Of a stretch of 64,000 nucleotides of DNA, positions 16,222 to 26,805 are shown in pieces. Source of the DNA: Saprospiraceae bacterium (GTDB lineage Bacteria; Bacteroidota; Bacteroidia; Chitinophagales; Saprospiraceae); the NCBI GenBank assembly GCA_031367705.1, contig JANLQI010000360.1:3012-67011 (forward strand), read 5' to 3'. A program made the translations under genes and the position numbers. The notes under the pieces were generated by a model. That model worked only from the letters and a program-made list of their open reading frames with translations, had not been told where the DNA came from and did not search any database. Position 1 is the first letter of the stretch, and every line of letters starts with the position of its first letter.

Positions 16222-17505
16222 ATGGAAAGATTTACAGGTGTTTTCGGCATTGTGCTGATACTCGGCATTGCCTACTTGATGTCAAATAACCGCAAAGCTA
16301 TCAATTTTCGTACTGTTGGCATGGGCTTATTACTTCAATTTGCATTAGCTCTATTTATTTTAAAAACGGCTGTTGGCAAAGGTATTTTCAATACGATTGG
16401 TGGCGGCGTGACAAAAGTGATTGATTTTTCGCAAGAAGGCGCGGCTTTTGTTTTTGGACCACTTATCAACGTGCCAGCTGTCGGTAAAGCATTTGGCGGC
16501 GGCGGCTTCATTTTCTTCTTCAAAATCATTCCAACCATTTTGTTTGTGGCGGTTTTGGTGAATATTGGCTATCATTTTGGCATTATTCAAAGGCTTGTAC
16601 AAATTTTAGCCAAAGGCTTATTTTGGTTGATGCGCGTGAGTGGGGCAGAGGCTTTGTCAAACATCGCGAGTGCTTTCGTCGGTCAAGTTGAGGCTCAAAT
16701 TATGATTCAGCCATATCTGAAAGGCATGACAAAAAGTGAGTTATTGGCTTCAATGTCAGGCAGTTTTGCTTGTATTTCAGGCGGTGTCATGGCAGCTTAT
16801 ATCGGTTTAGGCGTGCCTGCCGAGTATCTTTTGGCAGCCAGTATCATGGCAGCACCAGGCGCATTAGCCATTTCGAAAATCATTTATCCTGAAACAGAAG
16901 TCTCTGAAACGACGGGGACGGTGAGTATCGAAATCAAAAAAATACATTCCAACCTCATTGATGCTATTTCTGCGGGTTGTAGCGAAGGTTTGAAAATCGG
17001 TTTTAATGTAGCAGCTATGTTGATAGGCTTTTTGGCCTTAATAGCTTTGATTAATTACGGTTTAAACGGTTTGGGCGGTCTTTGGGGCAACCCTACATTC
17101 AGCCTTGATACGGTTTTAGGCTTCCTTTTTTCAGGTTTTGCTTGGTGTATGGGCGTACAATTCGACGAAATTTTTCAAGCGGGTTCGCTTATGGGAACAA
17201 AATTGGTTGCCAATGAATTTGTGGCTTATAACACTTTGTCGTCGTTTTTGCCTTCCTCCGACCCCTCAGTAATCAAGGAAGTTGCGCTCATCAATGGTCA
17301 TGCGATGTCTGCTAAAACAATAGCGATAGTCAGTTTTGCCCTCTGCGGTTTTGCAAATTTTGGTTCGTTGGGTATTCAGATAGGTGGTATTGGTGCTTTA
17401 GAGCCGAGCCGTCGGGCTGATTTAACAAAAATTGTTTTCCGTGCATTGATTGCAGGAACTTTGGCATCTTATATGTCGGCAACTTTGGCGGGTATATTGT
17501 TGTAA
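16222..17505 (+). CDS. NupC/NupG-family concentrative nucleoside transporter
   Basis: Polytopic protein of about 427 aa with the CNT-family pattern (...GTKLVANEFVAY..., ...CGFANFGSLGIQIGG...). Confidence 0.85.
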   Translation: MERFTGVFGIVLILGIAYLMSNNRKAINFRTVGMGLLLQFALALFILKTAVGKGIFNTIGGGVTKVIDFSQEGAAFVFGPLINVPAVGKAFGGGGFIFFFKIIPTILFVAVLVNIGYHFGIIQRLVQILAKGLFWLMRVSGAEALSNIASAFVGQVEAQIMIQPYLKGMTKSELLASMSGSFACISGGVMAAYIGLGVPAEYLLAASIMAAPGALAISKIIYPETEVSETTGTVSIEIKKIHSNLIDAISAGCSEGLKIGFNVAAMLIGFLALIALINYGLNGLGGLWGNPTFSLDTVLGFLFSGFAWCMGVQFDEIFQAGSLMGTKLVANEFVAYNTLSSFLPSSDPSVIKEVALINGHAMSAKTIAIVSFALCGFANFGSLGIQIGGIGALEPSRRADLTKIVFRALIAGTLASYMSATLAGILL

Positions 17506-17577
17506 AAATTATAGAATAAAAAAATCCCTACCCATGCTATAGCGTGAGTAAGGATTTTTATTTGAAAAAACCATACT

Positions 17578-18699
17578 TCAATTACCCTTTTCTTCAAATA
17601 ATTTATACAAATAATCGACTTCTTCTTTGGAAAGATAGTCATTGGCACGTGGCTTTTTCTTTTTCTGCCAAGACTCATGCGTCACTTCATATCCTTGCAT
17701 AAGTTGTGAGACCACATCAAGCGGCAATTCTGAAATGTCAGCTAAATCGGCAACGTTTCTACCTCTCCATTTACCACGTAACACGACAAGGCGGGCTTTA
17801 TTTGTTTCACCTATTTGTTCGCCTTCTTGCCGGCCTATTTGTTCGCCTTTTTGCATCCAAACTTCATAAGTTGTCAATACCATTTCTTTTTCTTCAGTTT
17901 TTAAATATTGAGCAAATAATTTTTCAACTTCTTCTGGACTAAGATACTCTTTCTTAGACAAATATTCAAAAATTTGTCTGAAAAAATCAAATTTTGAGGG
18001 GTCATGATTGAAAAATTTGAAGATTTCAATCAAAAAATTTTCAATTTGATTATTCTTTTCAACGTATTTGTACGCCAAAAAGAGGCTTCGCAGCAGTCCT
18101 TCTTCATTTAATGCCAAAACATCTTTGTTTTCTAAATTTTGAATCTCTGTAAAATGACATTCAAAATTTGGAATATATTTCAATAACTCTTTCTGCACAC
18201 CTCTGAATGATTGGTGTAACTGCCTAATTTTAAAACTTTCCGCCCCTTGATAAACGACTATGGGTATGATGACAGAGGGCTTTCGCTTATTGAGAACATC
18301 ATTTTTCCAAATCTGAATGATGTATTCCAATAGTTGTAAAAACAATAAAAAGGAGGATTTTATACTCTTTTTATGTTCAAAAAGTAAAACAATTGCGACA
18401 GGTTTGTTATGTTTCAAACGGCTACTTTTGTTGGGTTTTTCCGTCTCATCAACTGTTTTTAATTGCGTTCGATAGACCACATCTGAAAAAAACTCATCGA
18501 AATCAGTACCTACATAATTGGTTGTGTCCAATTCAAAATAGTCCAAATCAAGGTATTTATGGACATCTTTCAAGAATTTTTCCACATATTCCAATGCGGT
18601 TTCTTTATGTTTCATCGCTATTTTGAAAATCTTGTCGTTTTCATGGTGTAGCTGTTTTTCTTCTTTTGTAGCTTGTTCAGTTTCCTTTTTCTTTGGCAT
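17578..18699 (-). CDS. Rpn-family recombination-promoting nuclease / putative transposase (PD-(D/E)XK)
   Basis: The N-terminal HENDKIFKIAMKHKETALEYVEKFL parallels the PHDxxFK...A.xFL start of Rpn/YhgA-like proteins. Confidence 0.65.
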   Translation of the reverse strand: MPKKKETEQATKEEKQLHHENDKIFKIAMKHKETALEYVEKFLKDVHKYLDLDYFELDTTNYVGTDFDEFFSDVVYRTQLKTVDETEKPNKSSRLKHNKPVAIVLLFEHKKSIKSSFLLFLQLLEYIIQIWKNDVLNKRKPSVIIPIVVYQGAESFKIRQLHQSFRGVQKELLKYIPNFECHFTEIQNLENKDVLALNEEGLLRSLFLAYKYVEKNNQIENFLIEIFKFFNHDPSKFDFFRQIFEYLSKKEYLSPEEVEKLFAQYLKTEEKEMVLTTYEVWMQKGEQIGRQEGEQIGETNKARLVVLRGKWRGRNVADLADISELPLDVVSQLMQGYEVTHESWQKKKKPRANDYLSKEEVDYLYKLFEEKGN

Positions 18700-18906
18700 G
18701 TTTCCTGATTTTATAAGTCAATATTTGGTTTTGTTTAAAACAATTATACAAATGTAAAACTCTTTTTTGAAACTAAATGTGTTTTAAAGTAAATTGTTTT
18801 TTATCATACAAATAAAGAGAAATATTTTTTTTGACATTTTTTTCATCAGTCATACAACCATTTTCACCAAAGCACCACACTTTAAGGTCAAACAAGAAAT
18901 CAGTCA

Positions 18907-19428
18907 ATGACGCAAGACGTACAAAACCAACTCATAGCGCAATGTATCGCACAAGAAAGGAAGGCGCAACAAGCCCTTTATGACCAATATCGTCGAGCGA
19001 TGTTTACTTTGGCGTATCGGATTACGAATGATTTTGAAGCGGCTGCGGAGGTTTTACAAGATGCTTTTTTGCAAATTTTCAAGAGTTTAAGCCATTTTCG
19101 AGGCGAATCTACTTTGGGTGCTTGGATAAAAACGATTGTCGTGCGAACCGCTTACAAACACCTCAAAACTCGAATTTTGTTTCAAGAACTACCCCCTCAG
19201 TATGAAGAGACGGTTTTGGATTGGGGCGATGCCATAGACATCGAATACCTCGAAAAAGCGATTCACAGTCTTTCAACGGGTTTTAGAACGGTGTTTACGC
19301 TCATCGAAATTGAAGGTTTTTCGCACCGTGAAGTCGCTGAAATGTTGGGTATTACTGAGGGGACATCAAAATCACAGTTGTTTTACGCAAAGAAAAAACT
19401 GCGTGAAATCCTGACAGAGCAATCGTAA
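18907..19428 (+). CDS. ECF-type RNA polymerase sigma-70 factor
   Basis: Region 2 (YRITNDFEAAAEVLQDAF) and region 4 (GFSHREVAEMLGITEGTSKSQLFYAKKKL). Confidence 0.9.
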   Translation: MTQDVQNQLIAQCIAQERKAQQALYDQYRRAMFTLAYRITNDFEAAAEVLQDAFLQIFKSLSHFRGESTLGAWIKTIVVRTAYKHLKTRILFQELPPQYEETVLDWGDAIDIEYLEKAIHSLSTGFRTVFTLIEIEGFSHREVAEMLGITEGTSKSQLFYAKKKLREILTEQS

Positions 19429-19429
19429 C

Positions 19430-19492
19430 GCGGATTTCAATAGTAGTGCGGATTTCAATCCGCATTCATATAGTTTACGGATTGAAATCCGT
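19430..19492. repeat. GCGGATTTCAAT-word hairpin cluster
   Basis: GCGGATTTCAA (19430), the palindrome GCGGATTTCAATCCGC (19448-19463) and ACGGATTGAAATCCGT (19477-19492), all between the sigma and anti-sigma genes. Confidence 0.75.
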
Positions 19493-19514
19493 GTTACAAT
19501 ATAAATAATTGAAA

Positions 19515-20120
19515 ATGAAAGAGTTAAATAAAGATATGCTAAAATTGGCTATCAATAATTTGCCACAATATGAGCCACCTCATACCCTTTGGCAAAGTAC
19601 CAACGCACGTCTGACATTAACAGAATTGCCGATTTACGATGCACCTGAATTTGTTTGGCAGAACATAGAAAATCAATTATCAGAAACCCAAAACCCAAAA
19701 CTGTTAACTCAAAACGGGCAAATACTGAGGGGGGGCAATTTTTATAAATTCGCTGTTGCTGCTTCTGTTGCGTTGATGGTAGGCGTAGGTTTTTGGTTTT
19801 TCAAATTTAAAAATACACATCAAAATAATATTCGTGTATCAACAGAAATAGTTGATAATCAATTGATTAAGAATGATTTTGGCAGTGATGATGAAACGTT
19901 TGCGATGGTTGAAGAATTTTGTAAAACCGCTTTGCCCGTCTGTGAGCAACCAGATTTTAAAAACTTAAAAGCAGAATTAGATGAACTCAATACGGCTCAT
20001 ACACGCCTTAAAAATGCCATAGGTGACTACGCTGCAAACCCTGATTTGATAGATGAAATAACAAAAATTGACAATGAGCGAACAACCGTTTTACGGCAAC
20101 TCGTTGAAAAAATAAATTAG
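19515..20120 (+). CDS. Putative anti-sigma factor (single-pass membrane protein)
   Basis: Lies immediately downstream of the ECF sigma gene and has a central TM segment, FAVAASVALMVGVGFWFF. I chose the ATG at 19515; the ORF track begins at a TTG at 19509. Confidence 0.6.
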   Translation: MKELNKDMLKLAINNLPQYEPPHTLWQSTNARLTLTELPIYDAPEFVWQNIENQLSETQNPKLLTQNGQILRGGNFYKFAVAASVALMVGVGFWFFKFKNTHQNNIRVSTEIVDNQLIKNDFGSDDETFAMVEEFCKTALPVCEQPDFKNLKAELDELNTAHTRLKNAIGDYAANPDLIDEITKIDNERTTVLRQLVEKIN

Positions 20121-20126
20121 TTTTTT

Positions 20127-20192
20127 AATGATGAATGATGAATTATAAATGATGAATAGCAATTCATCATTCATCATTTATAATTCATCATT
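20127..20192. terminator. Long perfect hairpin built from AATGATG words
   Basis: AATGATGAATGATGAATTATAAATGATGAAT-AGCA-ATTCATCATTCATCATTTATAATTCATCATT. Confidence 0.85.
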
Positions 20193-20234
20193 AGAATAAT
20201 TTCTTCATAACACTTTAATAATCAATGATTTAAA

Positions 20235-21122
20235 ATGAAAATAAAACTTTTGCTCTTGTGGCTATTTATACTGAGGGGGGGCTTTTTGACCGCTCAAACA
20301 ACGTTGCAAGTCGTGACTAAAACGGTTGAAAAGACGATGCCTTGCCCCAATGGGACGCAGCTCAATATTGATGCTGAAAAAGCTGATGTGACGCTGCGAA
20401 CGGACAATAGCAGCCGTGATATTAAAATTAAAGTCGAATTGATAGCCCGACATCCGCAGTTGGACGTGGCTAAACAGGACCTCGATGCTTTGAAATTATT
20501 GACTGAAAATATCAGTAACAAAGTCTATATCCGCAATTATGTAGCCGTAACAAAAGGGGCGGCAAAACCGTCGGCTGATTTGCGTGTACGCTATACGATT
20601 ACGTTGCCGTCTGACCTCATCATCACACTAAAAAACAGTTTTGGCAAGCTCGATGCTGCCGATTTGACCAATGAATTGCATGTAACAGCCGAATTTTGTA
20701 AAATTCAGTTAGCCAATATCAAAGCGACGACCTCTCTCGATATGCGTTTTGGCGACCTCGAAGCCAACAAACTCGATGGTAAAACAGCGATTACAAGCCA
20801 CAGGACGGACATTGTTTTGTCCACATTAAGCGGTGTTTGCGTGATAAAAGCACAATTTGGCAAAATAAAAATCAATGCCGATGCCGCATTGTCAAGTCTC
20901 ACAATCGTTGCCGAAAAAACCGATGTCACTTTCGACCCTGTAAATGATGCGGCGCGCTTCGGCTACAACCTCAACGCTGAATACGGTACAGTGACAACGC
21001 CTTCAAAATTGGATTTCAAATACATTGAAAAGTCCAATCAGCGTGAAAAAGTACAGCTAACGGGTAAGGCTGCTTATGTGAATATTTTTACCACTTTTGG
21101 ACAAATTGTTATCAATCAATAA
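20235..21122 (+). CDS. Secreted beta-rich protein (possibly DUF4097-like adhesin)
   Basis: Signal peptide, repetitive beta-strand pattern, and a position in the sigma/anti-sigma operon. Confidence 0.4.
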   Translation: MKIKLLLLWLFILRGGFLTAQTTLQVVTKTVEKTMPCPNGTQLNIDAEKADVTLRTDNSSRDIKIKVELIARHPQLDVAKQDLDALKLLTENISNKVYIRNYVAVTKGAAKPSADLRVRYTITLPSDLIITLKNSFGKLDAADLTNELHVTAEFCKIQLANIKATTSLDMRFGDLEANKLDGKTAITSHRTDIVLSTLSGVCVIKAQFGKIKINADAALSSLTIVAEKTDVTFDPVNDAARFGYNLNAEYGTVTTPSKLDFKYIEKSNQREKVQLTGKAAYVNIFTTFGQIVINQ

Positions 21123-21152
21123 ACCTTTTATTTACTTATTAATTTTCAAAAA

Positions 21153-22451
21153 ATGAAATCTAAAATACTGATTATCATAGCTTTATGCTTTGCGAAAATG
21201 CTGTTTGCACAAGATTCTATACGTATCGAAACCGTAACGGACACCGCTTTTAAGACCCCTCAGTATATCAGCGTTTATGACGATGTTTTTTTAAGTCATA
21301 AAGAAACGAAGTGGTTGTTTAAGGCGGATTTGATGGGTTTGTTAGGAATGATCGAAGGCAAAAATTACTATGGTGCTTATACTTTTAGCAAGCCTATTAG
21401 TTTAGAATTTGAACATAAACTCTCAAAGCCAGTATCAATCAATACAGGTCTGTCAATTCATTCACAGTTATTTTATTCCCAGTTGACGGTTTTGTTTGAG
21501 CCTCGTTGGTATTTCAATAAAAATAAATTAACAACGAAGAATCAATCAGCGGATAATCTAAATGGTAGCTATTTAAGTTTAAGAGGTAATGCGACGCACC
21601 GATTTTTAGCCAATGATATTTTTTCTTTCAAGAGTAATGTTTGGAGTTTACGATTAAATTATGGCATTCAAAAACGTGTTTTTAATAATTTTTATATCAA
21701 TTATCGAGCAGGTTTGGGTTATGGATCAAGAGATAATTTAATGACTGCAAGTGGCTATATAGAAAATAATCAAGATAACTTGTTCATTGACAGCGATTTT
21801 ACTCTTGGTGTGGCATTTGGTAGTGGTAAAAAGAAGGCGGTTAATACCTGTGATTTGTTTCGATGTTTTGAAACAGAAAAAAGGCTTTGGAAATTTGACA
21901 TCACCAACTTGTTACCTTCATTAGATAAATTTTTTCAGTCCAGTTCTTTAAGAACAGCTTACGAGTTTAAACTTGGAAACAATAAAGCATGGTCAATTAA
22001 TGCAGGATTAGATATGTATTTAAGCAGAACTAATTTTGGACCATGGGCTTCATCTTACACTTCTATAGCCTATTTTTCTTTAGCACCACGTTATTACTAC
22101 AATATAAACAAAAATATTGCAAAAGGTAAATCTGCGAATAATCTTTCTGGTTGTTATTTAACTTTAGAAATGGGTTTGGGAGCAACAGGCCCCACAAAGC
22201 CAATTACAATAGCTGGGCAAAGTGTAGCTCCATTCTTTGCTAAGGAAGATTATTATCAAGCGAATTCATGGAAAATTATCCCCAAGTGGGGTGTTCAAAA
22301 ACGTCTTTTCAGAAAAGGTTTTGTCGATTTTTCATTTGCCCCATATTGGTATCAAAAAACATTAAAAGTCATTCCTACAAATGTTTGGATATCGTCTTAT
22401 AAAGAACATAATTTTCTAAAACCCGATTTCAAAATCGGCTTCGCCTTCTAA
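21153..22451 (+). CDS. Secreted hypothetical protein, outer-membrane beta-barrel-like
   Basis: Signal peptide, alternating aromatic/polar pattern and a C-terminal ...FKIGFAF. Confidence 0.45.
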   Translation: MKSKILIIIALCFAKMLFAQDSIRIETVTDTAFKTPQYISVYDDVFLSHKETKWLFKADLMGLLGMIEGKNYYGAYTFSKPISLEFEHKLSKPVSINTGLSIHSQLFYSQLTVLFEPRWYFNKNKLTTKNQSADNLNGSYLSLRGNATHRFLANDIFSFKSNVWSLRLNYGIQKRVFNNFYINYRAGLGYGSRDNLMTASGYIENNQDNLFIDSDFTLGVAFGSGKKKAVNTCDLFRCFETEKRLWKFDITNLLPSLDKFFQSSSLRTAYEFKLGNNKAWSINAGLDMYLSRTNFGPWASSYTSIAYFSLAPRYYYNINKNIAKGKSANNLSGCYLTLEMGLGATGPTKPITIAGQSVAPFFAKEDYYQANSWKIIPKWGVQKRLFRKGFVDFSFAPYWYQKTLKVIPTNVWISSYKEHNFLKPDFKIGFAF

Positions 22452-22475
22452 AATACTGAGGGGTACGATTTTTGT

Positions 22476-22558
22476 ATGGCTGTATTGTTTTGTTATTAAA
22501 TGGCTATATTGTTAGTATCAAACAATATAGCCATTTGACAATAAAACAATACAGCCAT
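22476..22558. terminator. Long (~38-bp stem) hairpin
   Basis: ATGGCTGTATTGTTTTGTTATTAAATGGCTATATTGTT pairs with AACAATATAGCCATTTGACAATAAAACAATACAGCCAT. Confidence 0.8.
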
Positions 22559-22647
22559 TAATTTTATAGGAAAAACATCAATTTGTCTATGTGCAAAAAA
22601 AAGCCAAACTTTGCGCTTTGATTTATTAACAGAATTTGTAACGACTC

Positions 22648-23883
22648 ATGGGAAAACAACTTATTTGGATATGCGCTTTCCTCGCCTTAGCTTTTTTGGG
22701 AGACCGTTTAGTCGGCTCTTATCTACATCAATTGACTGAAACAAGCCAATTTCGGTACTCTCGATTGTATAATTCAAACGAAACAGCAGACATTCTTTTC
22801 GTAGGCAATTCGCGTGGACTTACTTTTTATCAACCCGAAGTTGAGCATTTGACGGGTCAAAAAACGATGAATTTGAGCTACAACGGCATGCCAGCCGACC
22901 TCGCAAAAACGCTTGTCATGGACTACCTTGACCGGCATGTACCACCAAAAGTGATGATTGTTGACGTGACATTGTGTGACCGTTACAATGAATCTTTGAA
23001 AACAAGTATGAATTTATACGTGCCTTTTTCAAGGCGTATGGGCGATTTAATCAAAAGTTCTGTATCTATAAATCTAAAAAATCCTAATTCTGTTGAAGTC
23101 GATACAACGGACGTTTATGCGGGGCGCAAAGTGTATTATGGCGGTAAATTGTCGCAGTTGTTTCAACACAATTCAGAGATATTTCAACGTGTTTTGTATC
23201 ATCGCAGCAAGCTCGATGAGGATTGGATAGTTGACCGTGTTATCAGCGAATCGGCGACAAAAGATACAGCGTTTCGTTCTTATCAAGTCAGGATGTTTCC
23301 TGTTATGGTCAATCATTTGAAGGAAATGATTGATTATGCGAAGGAAAAAGGCGTTGTCGTCAAATTGGTTATCAATCCTTATTATCCACCATTTGCAGAA
23401 ACGATACGTGATTCGTTTTTGGCACCTTTAAAAATGTACGTGGAAACACAAACGGGTTTGCCGGTAAATGATTTTTCAAAGGTTCTCCAAAACGTAGATG
23501 AAATTGGTGACTATCAACACGCCAATAAAAAAGGCAGTATTCACTATATGAACATTTTGTCAGAAAAAGGTATATTTAATGCCTTTATCAACAGTGTTTT
23601 AAATATGAATACTGGGCGTTTCCCTAATTTCAGTTTAACATCGCCTCTTCCAGATACTTTTATCAATTACACAAATACAGTCGTTCAACCTGTTGCTTTG
23701 ACTGAAATGGTGTCTCCTTCAACGCCCAATTTAGCCCCCTCTCAAAAGGAGTCCATTCGGAGAGTATCTGAACCTTTTCTACCCGTTTTACCTCAAAATT
23801 CAAGAAAAAAAGGCAGAAAAAAACGTCTTGAAAAGCCTGATGATTATGGTTTTTCGGTTGATACGGTGGGTTTTGGTCGTTAA
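22648..23883 (+). CDS. Membrane-anchored hypothetical protein (411 aa)
   Basis: N-terminal TM segment. No motif I can assign with confidence. Confidence 0.5.
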   Translation: MGKQLIWICAFLALAFLGDRLVGSYLHQLTETSQFRYSRLYNSNETADILFVGNSRGLTFYQPEVEHLTGQKTMNLSYNGMPADLAKTLVMDYLDRHVPPKVMIVDVTLCDRYNESLKTSMNLYVPFSRRMGDLIKSSVSINLKNPNSVEVDTTDVYAGRKVYYGGKLSQLFQHNSEIFQRVLYHRSKLDEDWIVDRVISESATKDTAFRSYQVRMFPVMVNHLKEMIDYAKEKGVVVKLVINPYYPPFAETIRDSFLAPLKMYVETQTGLPVNDFSKVLQNVDEIGDYQHANKKGSIHYMNILSEKGIFNAFINSVLNMNTGRFPNFSLTSPLPDTFINYTNTVVQPVALTEMVSPSTPNLAPSQKESIRRVSEPFLPVLPQNSRKKGRKKRLEKPDDYGFSVDTVGFGR

Positions 23884-23900
23884 CTTCGGATTAATGGATA

Positions 23901-23942
23901 AAAACGTCGGCAAGGATTCAAGTCCTTGCCGACGTTTTTTTT
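23901..23942. terminator. Bidirectional terminator, CGTCGGC-hairpin family
   Basis: AAAACGTCGGCAAGGATTCAAGTCCTTGCCGACGTTTTTTTT, between convergent genes. Confidence 0.85.
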
Positions 23943-23949
23943 CGGTACA

Positions 23950-25179
23950 TCAATTTTTTATAAAAACAACCTTTTGGACATCCATAGCTGTTTCATTTTC
24001 TATTTTAAGGAAGTAAACACCCGTTTCTAAGGCAGGAACGGACAGCGTCATTGTCTTTCCATAATTATCAGCTTTATATTTTTGCTCAAAAATGATACGT
24101 CCTTGAATGTCAATGACTTGTGCTGAGAAATCTTTTGAATTATTGGCTATTTCAAATTGAATTTCTTTATTAGAAATAGGGTTTGGGTAAACTTTAATTA
24201 CGCCATTTCTTTTGTTTAATTCCCTTAATGCTGTCGTGTTTGACGATTGCCCACGTACACAAATCACGGCTAAACGTGCCGTTTTTAATTCATAAGTCGT
24301 GATACCAAACTGCGTACTCAAATACCAAGCACGAGTCGTTTGATTGGGTAAACTTGTTGAAGACCAATACTTTTTTACGCTAATAGTGCTGAAAAATGTC
24401 GTTGATACTGAGGGGGTCACAATGCGCTCATCGTTCAGCGATTGCAACTCTTTGATGTTTGGCAAACGCCAATCTGAAAAACCGCCGAATGTTAAACCTT
24501 CCGCATATGTCAAGGCATTTTCCCAAGTCAAGGTATCAGTAGTTGGCACTTGCTGCCACGTCAAACCCGTCAAATTGTCTTTGATTGTACCGTTTCCATT
24601 GTTTGTAAATTGATTTGTTACGCTTGTAGGAGTTACCCTATCTCTAACTGCCCTGACGTGAAATTTCTTTGTGCCGCCAGCACTAACCGTTTCCGTTTTA
24701 GGGTGATTGCCGATGCCGCCACCTGAGTTTGTACACCAAATTTTAGTCGCATCATTTGACTGCGTGTTGCTTGTCCACCAATATTCCGCCGTAGTTGTCG
24801 TGAAATAAGTGGCATCAATGGCAGGGTTGACTTTTTGATGATTTAAAATGCTGAAAGACTCGTGTGCATTGGGCAAACGCCAATCGGTATAGCCAGCTAA
24901 GGTCAATGTGTCGGCATAAATCCTAGCGTTTTCGATGGTCATTTCGCCGCCATCGGTTTGTTGCCACATCAAGCCTGTAATTGTATCTGTCACCGTACCA
25001 TTATTGTTTTTAATAAAAAAAGGGGCATTGATGGTGTAATCAGAGTCTTCGCCAAACGTAGCGGTATAGTCGCCTGTTTGCCCTGTGTCAGGCAGTTTGA
25101 GCATTGTTTTCGATACGCTTTGCCCAAAAACAAGGCATTTTAAGATTAAAAAACAAGTAAAAAACAGTATTTTTTTCAT
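23950..25179 (-). CDS. DUF1566 (Lcl C-terminal-like) repeat protein with T9SS C-terminal sorting domain
   Basis: Two copies of the LMWQQ...GYTDWRLPN / LTWQQ...GFSDWRLPN pattern. C-terminal VYPNPISN...GVYFLKIENE...VVFIKN. Confidence 0.8.
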   Translation of the reverse strand: MKKILFFTCFLILKCLVFGQSVSKTMLKLPDTGQTGDYTATFGEDSDYTINAPFFIKNNNGTVTDTITGLMWQQTDGGEMTIENARIYADTLTLAGYTDWRLPNAHESFSILNHQKVNPAIDATYFTTTTAEYWWTSNTQSNDATKIWCTNSGGGIGNHPKTETVSAGGTKKFHVRAVRDRVTPTSVTNQFTNNGNGTIKDNLTGLTWQQVPTTDTLTWENALTYAEGLTFGGFSDWRLPNIKELQSLNDERIVTPSVSTTFFSTISVKKYWSSTSLPNQTTRAWYLSTQFGITTYELKTARLAVICVRGQSSNTTALRELNKRNGVIKVYPNPISNKEIQFEIANNSKDFSAQVIDIQGRIIFEQKYKADNYGKTMTLSVPALETGVYFLKIENETAMDVQKVVFIKN

Positions 25180-25185
25180 AGAAAA

Positions 25186-26769
25186 CTATTGAATAATAAG
25201 TTTTTTAGTCAATTGAGAATTAGAAAATTGAATGGTCACAAAATAGACCCCCTCAGTAATTTGAGGCATTTTGATAAAAGGAGTGTATTGATTTGTTCTA
25301 AAAACCAAACTGCCTTTTACATCAAATACAGATATGGATTTGATATCATTCACATTGAAAGGACTACTCAAATCCAATGAAAAACCGTTTTTTGTCGGGT
25401 TGGGATAGATTTTGACCTGCGTTTCGTCCACCAAAGCCTCACTTATTGCTGTTGGAAAACTGCATACCTGACCATTTAGCGTTGAAACAACTGTGCCTGT
25501 TGGTGAACCCCAACTCATGGTATAAACTGCTGCTGCATTCCACGAGTATGCGACGGTGTAAGTCTGCCCACTTAAAGTATAGGTTAAAGCGTATGCGTTA
25601 GTACCTGTTGATTTATGGTCTGTAATGGTTGCACCGTTCAAAGGCGTTCCCGCAGGGCGAATAGGCTTTGCGGAAGGTTGTGGAATGATTTGGTCAGTGG
25701 CATCTTTTGTGACCACGCCGACCATATTGCCGACGACATACGGGTAATTTGAAGTGCCATGATAATGATAAACGCCATTGAGATAATGCCCATGATTGGC
25801 ATCTAATGCGGTCATCGCTGCGCCATTGGGTTCTTTACTGGCATAAACGGCAAAGCCATCTAAGGCAAAAGCTATCGGTAAAATGTCGGCATTGATGCTG
25901 TCCAAACTGAGGGGGGCGGTGTGATAATGGTAATCATCTGCGCGTCCACAATGCCCACCGAATTGGTCTAATTCACCGATGAGATAGGAGTCCTCGCCGC
26001 GATTGTTTAAAGCATTAAAAATAGGAATACCATTGGCTGCCAAAGCAACTGCGCCTTTGAAAAAGTTCGTCGCTGTTGGCACAGGCGTTGCTGCAACGAC
26101 TGGATTGAGGGGGATTTGCCACGCATTTGTGCCGACATAACATTGCTGAATCGGCACTTGTTGTTGCCAAGCGGTTATTCCGTTCATCATGCGGTGGCTT
26201 GGCAAACCTAAATCTTCGACATAGAAATAAGTGGCATCCCAACGGGTTTTAACCTTAGGTTTGAAGGGCGCAAAAGCCGAATCAATAAACAATGGGTCAG
26301 TCCCTAAGATGGCTTTCGGCATGAAACTGGCAAAAATACCCAGTATGAGGATTAATGTCAACGCATAACCATACTTGAATGAGAACTTACTTTTATAAAA
26401 ACGAACCAACAGAAAGGTTAGAAATAAAGTTGAGAACCAAACGAGTAACCAAAAGTTGTTTTTCAATAAATTTTGCTCAAAAGAAGCCTTTTTTACTGAG
26501 GGGGTGTTGAGTTGCTCGATTTGCTTATACTTTTGAATGACATACAATTGGTCTTTCAAAGCCAATTCAGACAAAGGATATTTAAAAATATGGTGTTGAT
26601 TGTCCTCTAAATACACCGTTTTGTCTTTCAACATCATCAAAGAGGCTTCAATGGTTTTGTTTTCCAAAGAAATAGACCATTGTTTTAGGTTTTGATGCCC
26701 TTCGTTGCCACTGTGGGCAAAAAGCATTTGAGCAAAAAGGCTGAATACAGCAATGAATAGATTTTTCAT
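25186..26769 (-). CDS. YHYH-motif protein with T9SS C-terminal sorting domain
   Basis: GGHCGRADDYHYHTAP and GVYHYHGTSNYPY. C-terminal IYPNPTKNGFSL...GVYFVTIQF...KLIIQ. Confidence 0.75.
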   Translation of the reverse strand: MKNLFIAVFSLFAQMLFAHSGNEGHQNLKQWSISLENKTIEASLMMLKDKTVYLEDNQHHIFKYPLSELALKDQLYVIQKYKQIEQLNTPSVKKASFEQNLLKNNFWLLVWFSTLFLTFLLVRFYKSKFSFKYGYALTLILILGIFASFMPKAILGTDPLFIDSAFAPFKPKVKTRWDATYFYVEDLGLPSHRMMNGITAWQQQVPIQQCYVGTNAWQIPLNPVVAATPVPTATNFFKGAVALAANGIPIFNALNNRGEDSYLIGELDQFGGHCGRADDYHYHTAPLSLDSINADILPIAFALDGFAVYASKEPNGAAMTALDANHGHYLNGVYHYHGTSNYPYVVGNMVGVVTKDATDQIIPQPSAKPIRPAGTPLNGATITDHKSTGTNAYALTYTLSGQTYTVAYSWNAAAVYTMSWGSPTGTVVSTLNGQVCSFPTAISEALVDETQVKIYPNPTKNGFSLDLSSPFNVNDIKSISVFDVKGSLVFRTNQYTPFIKMPQITEGVYFVTIQFSNSQLTKKLIIQ

Positions 26770-26805
26770 TTTTGAAATTAGGATAAATGAATTAAATGAT
26801 TGTCA

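Noticed and set aside
17469-17678. A 69-aa minus-strand ORF spanning the transporter/Rpn intergenic region.
   Set aside because: It overlaps the 3' ends of two supported genes and has no motif.
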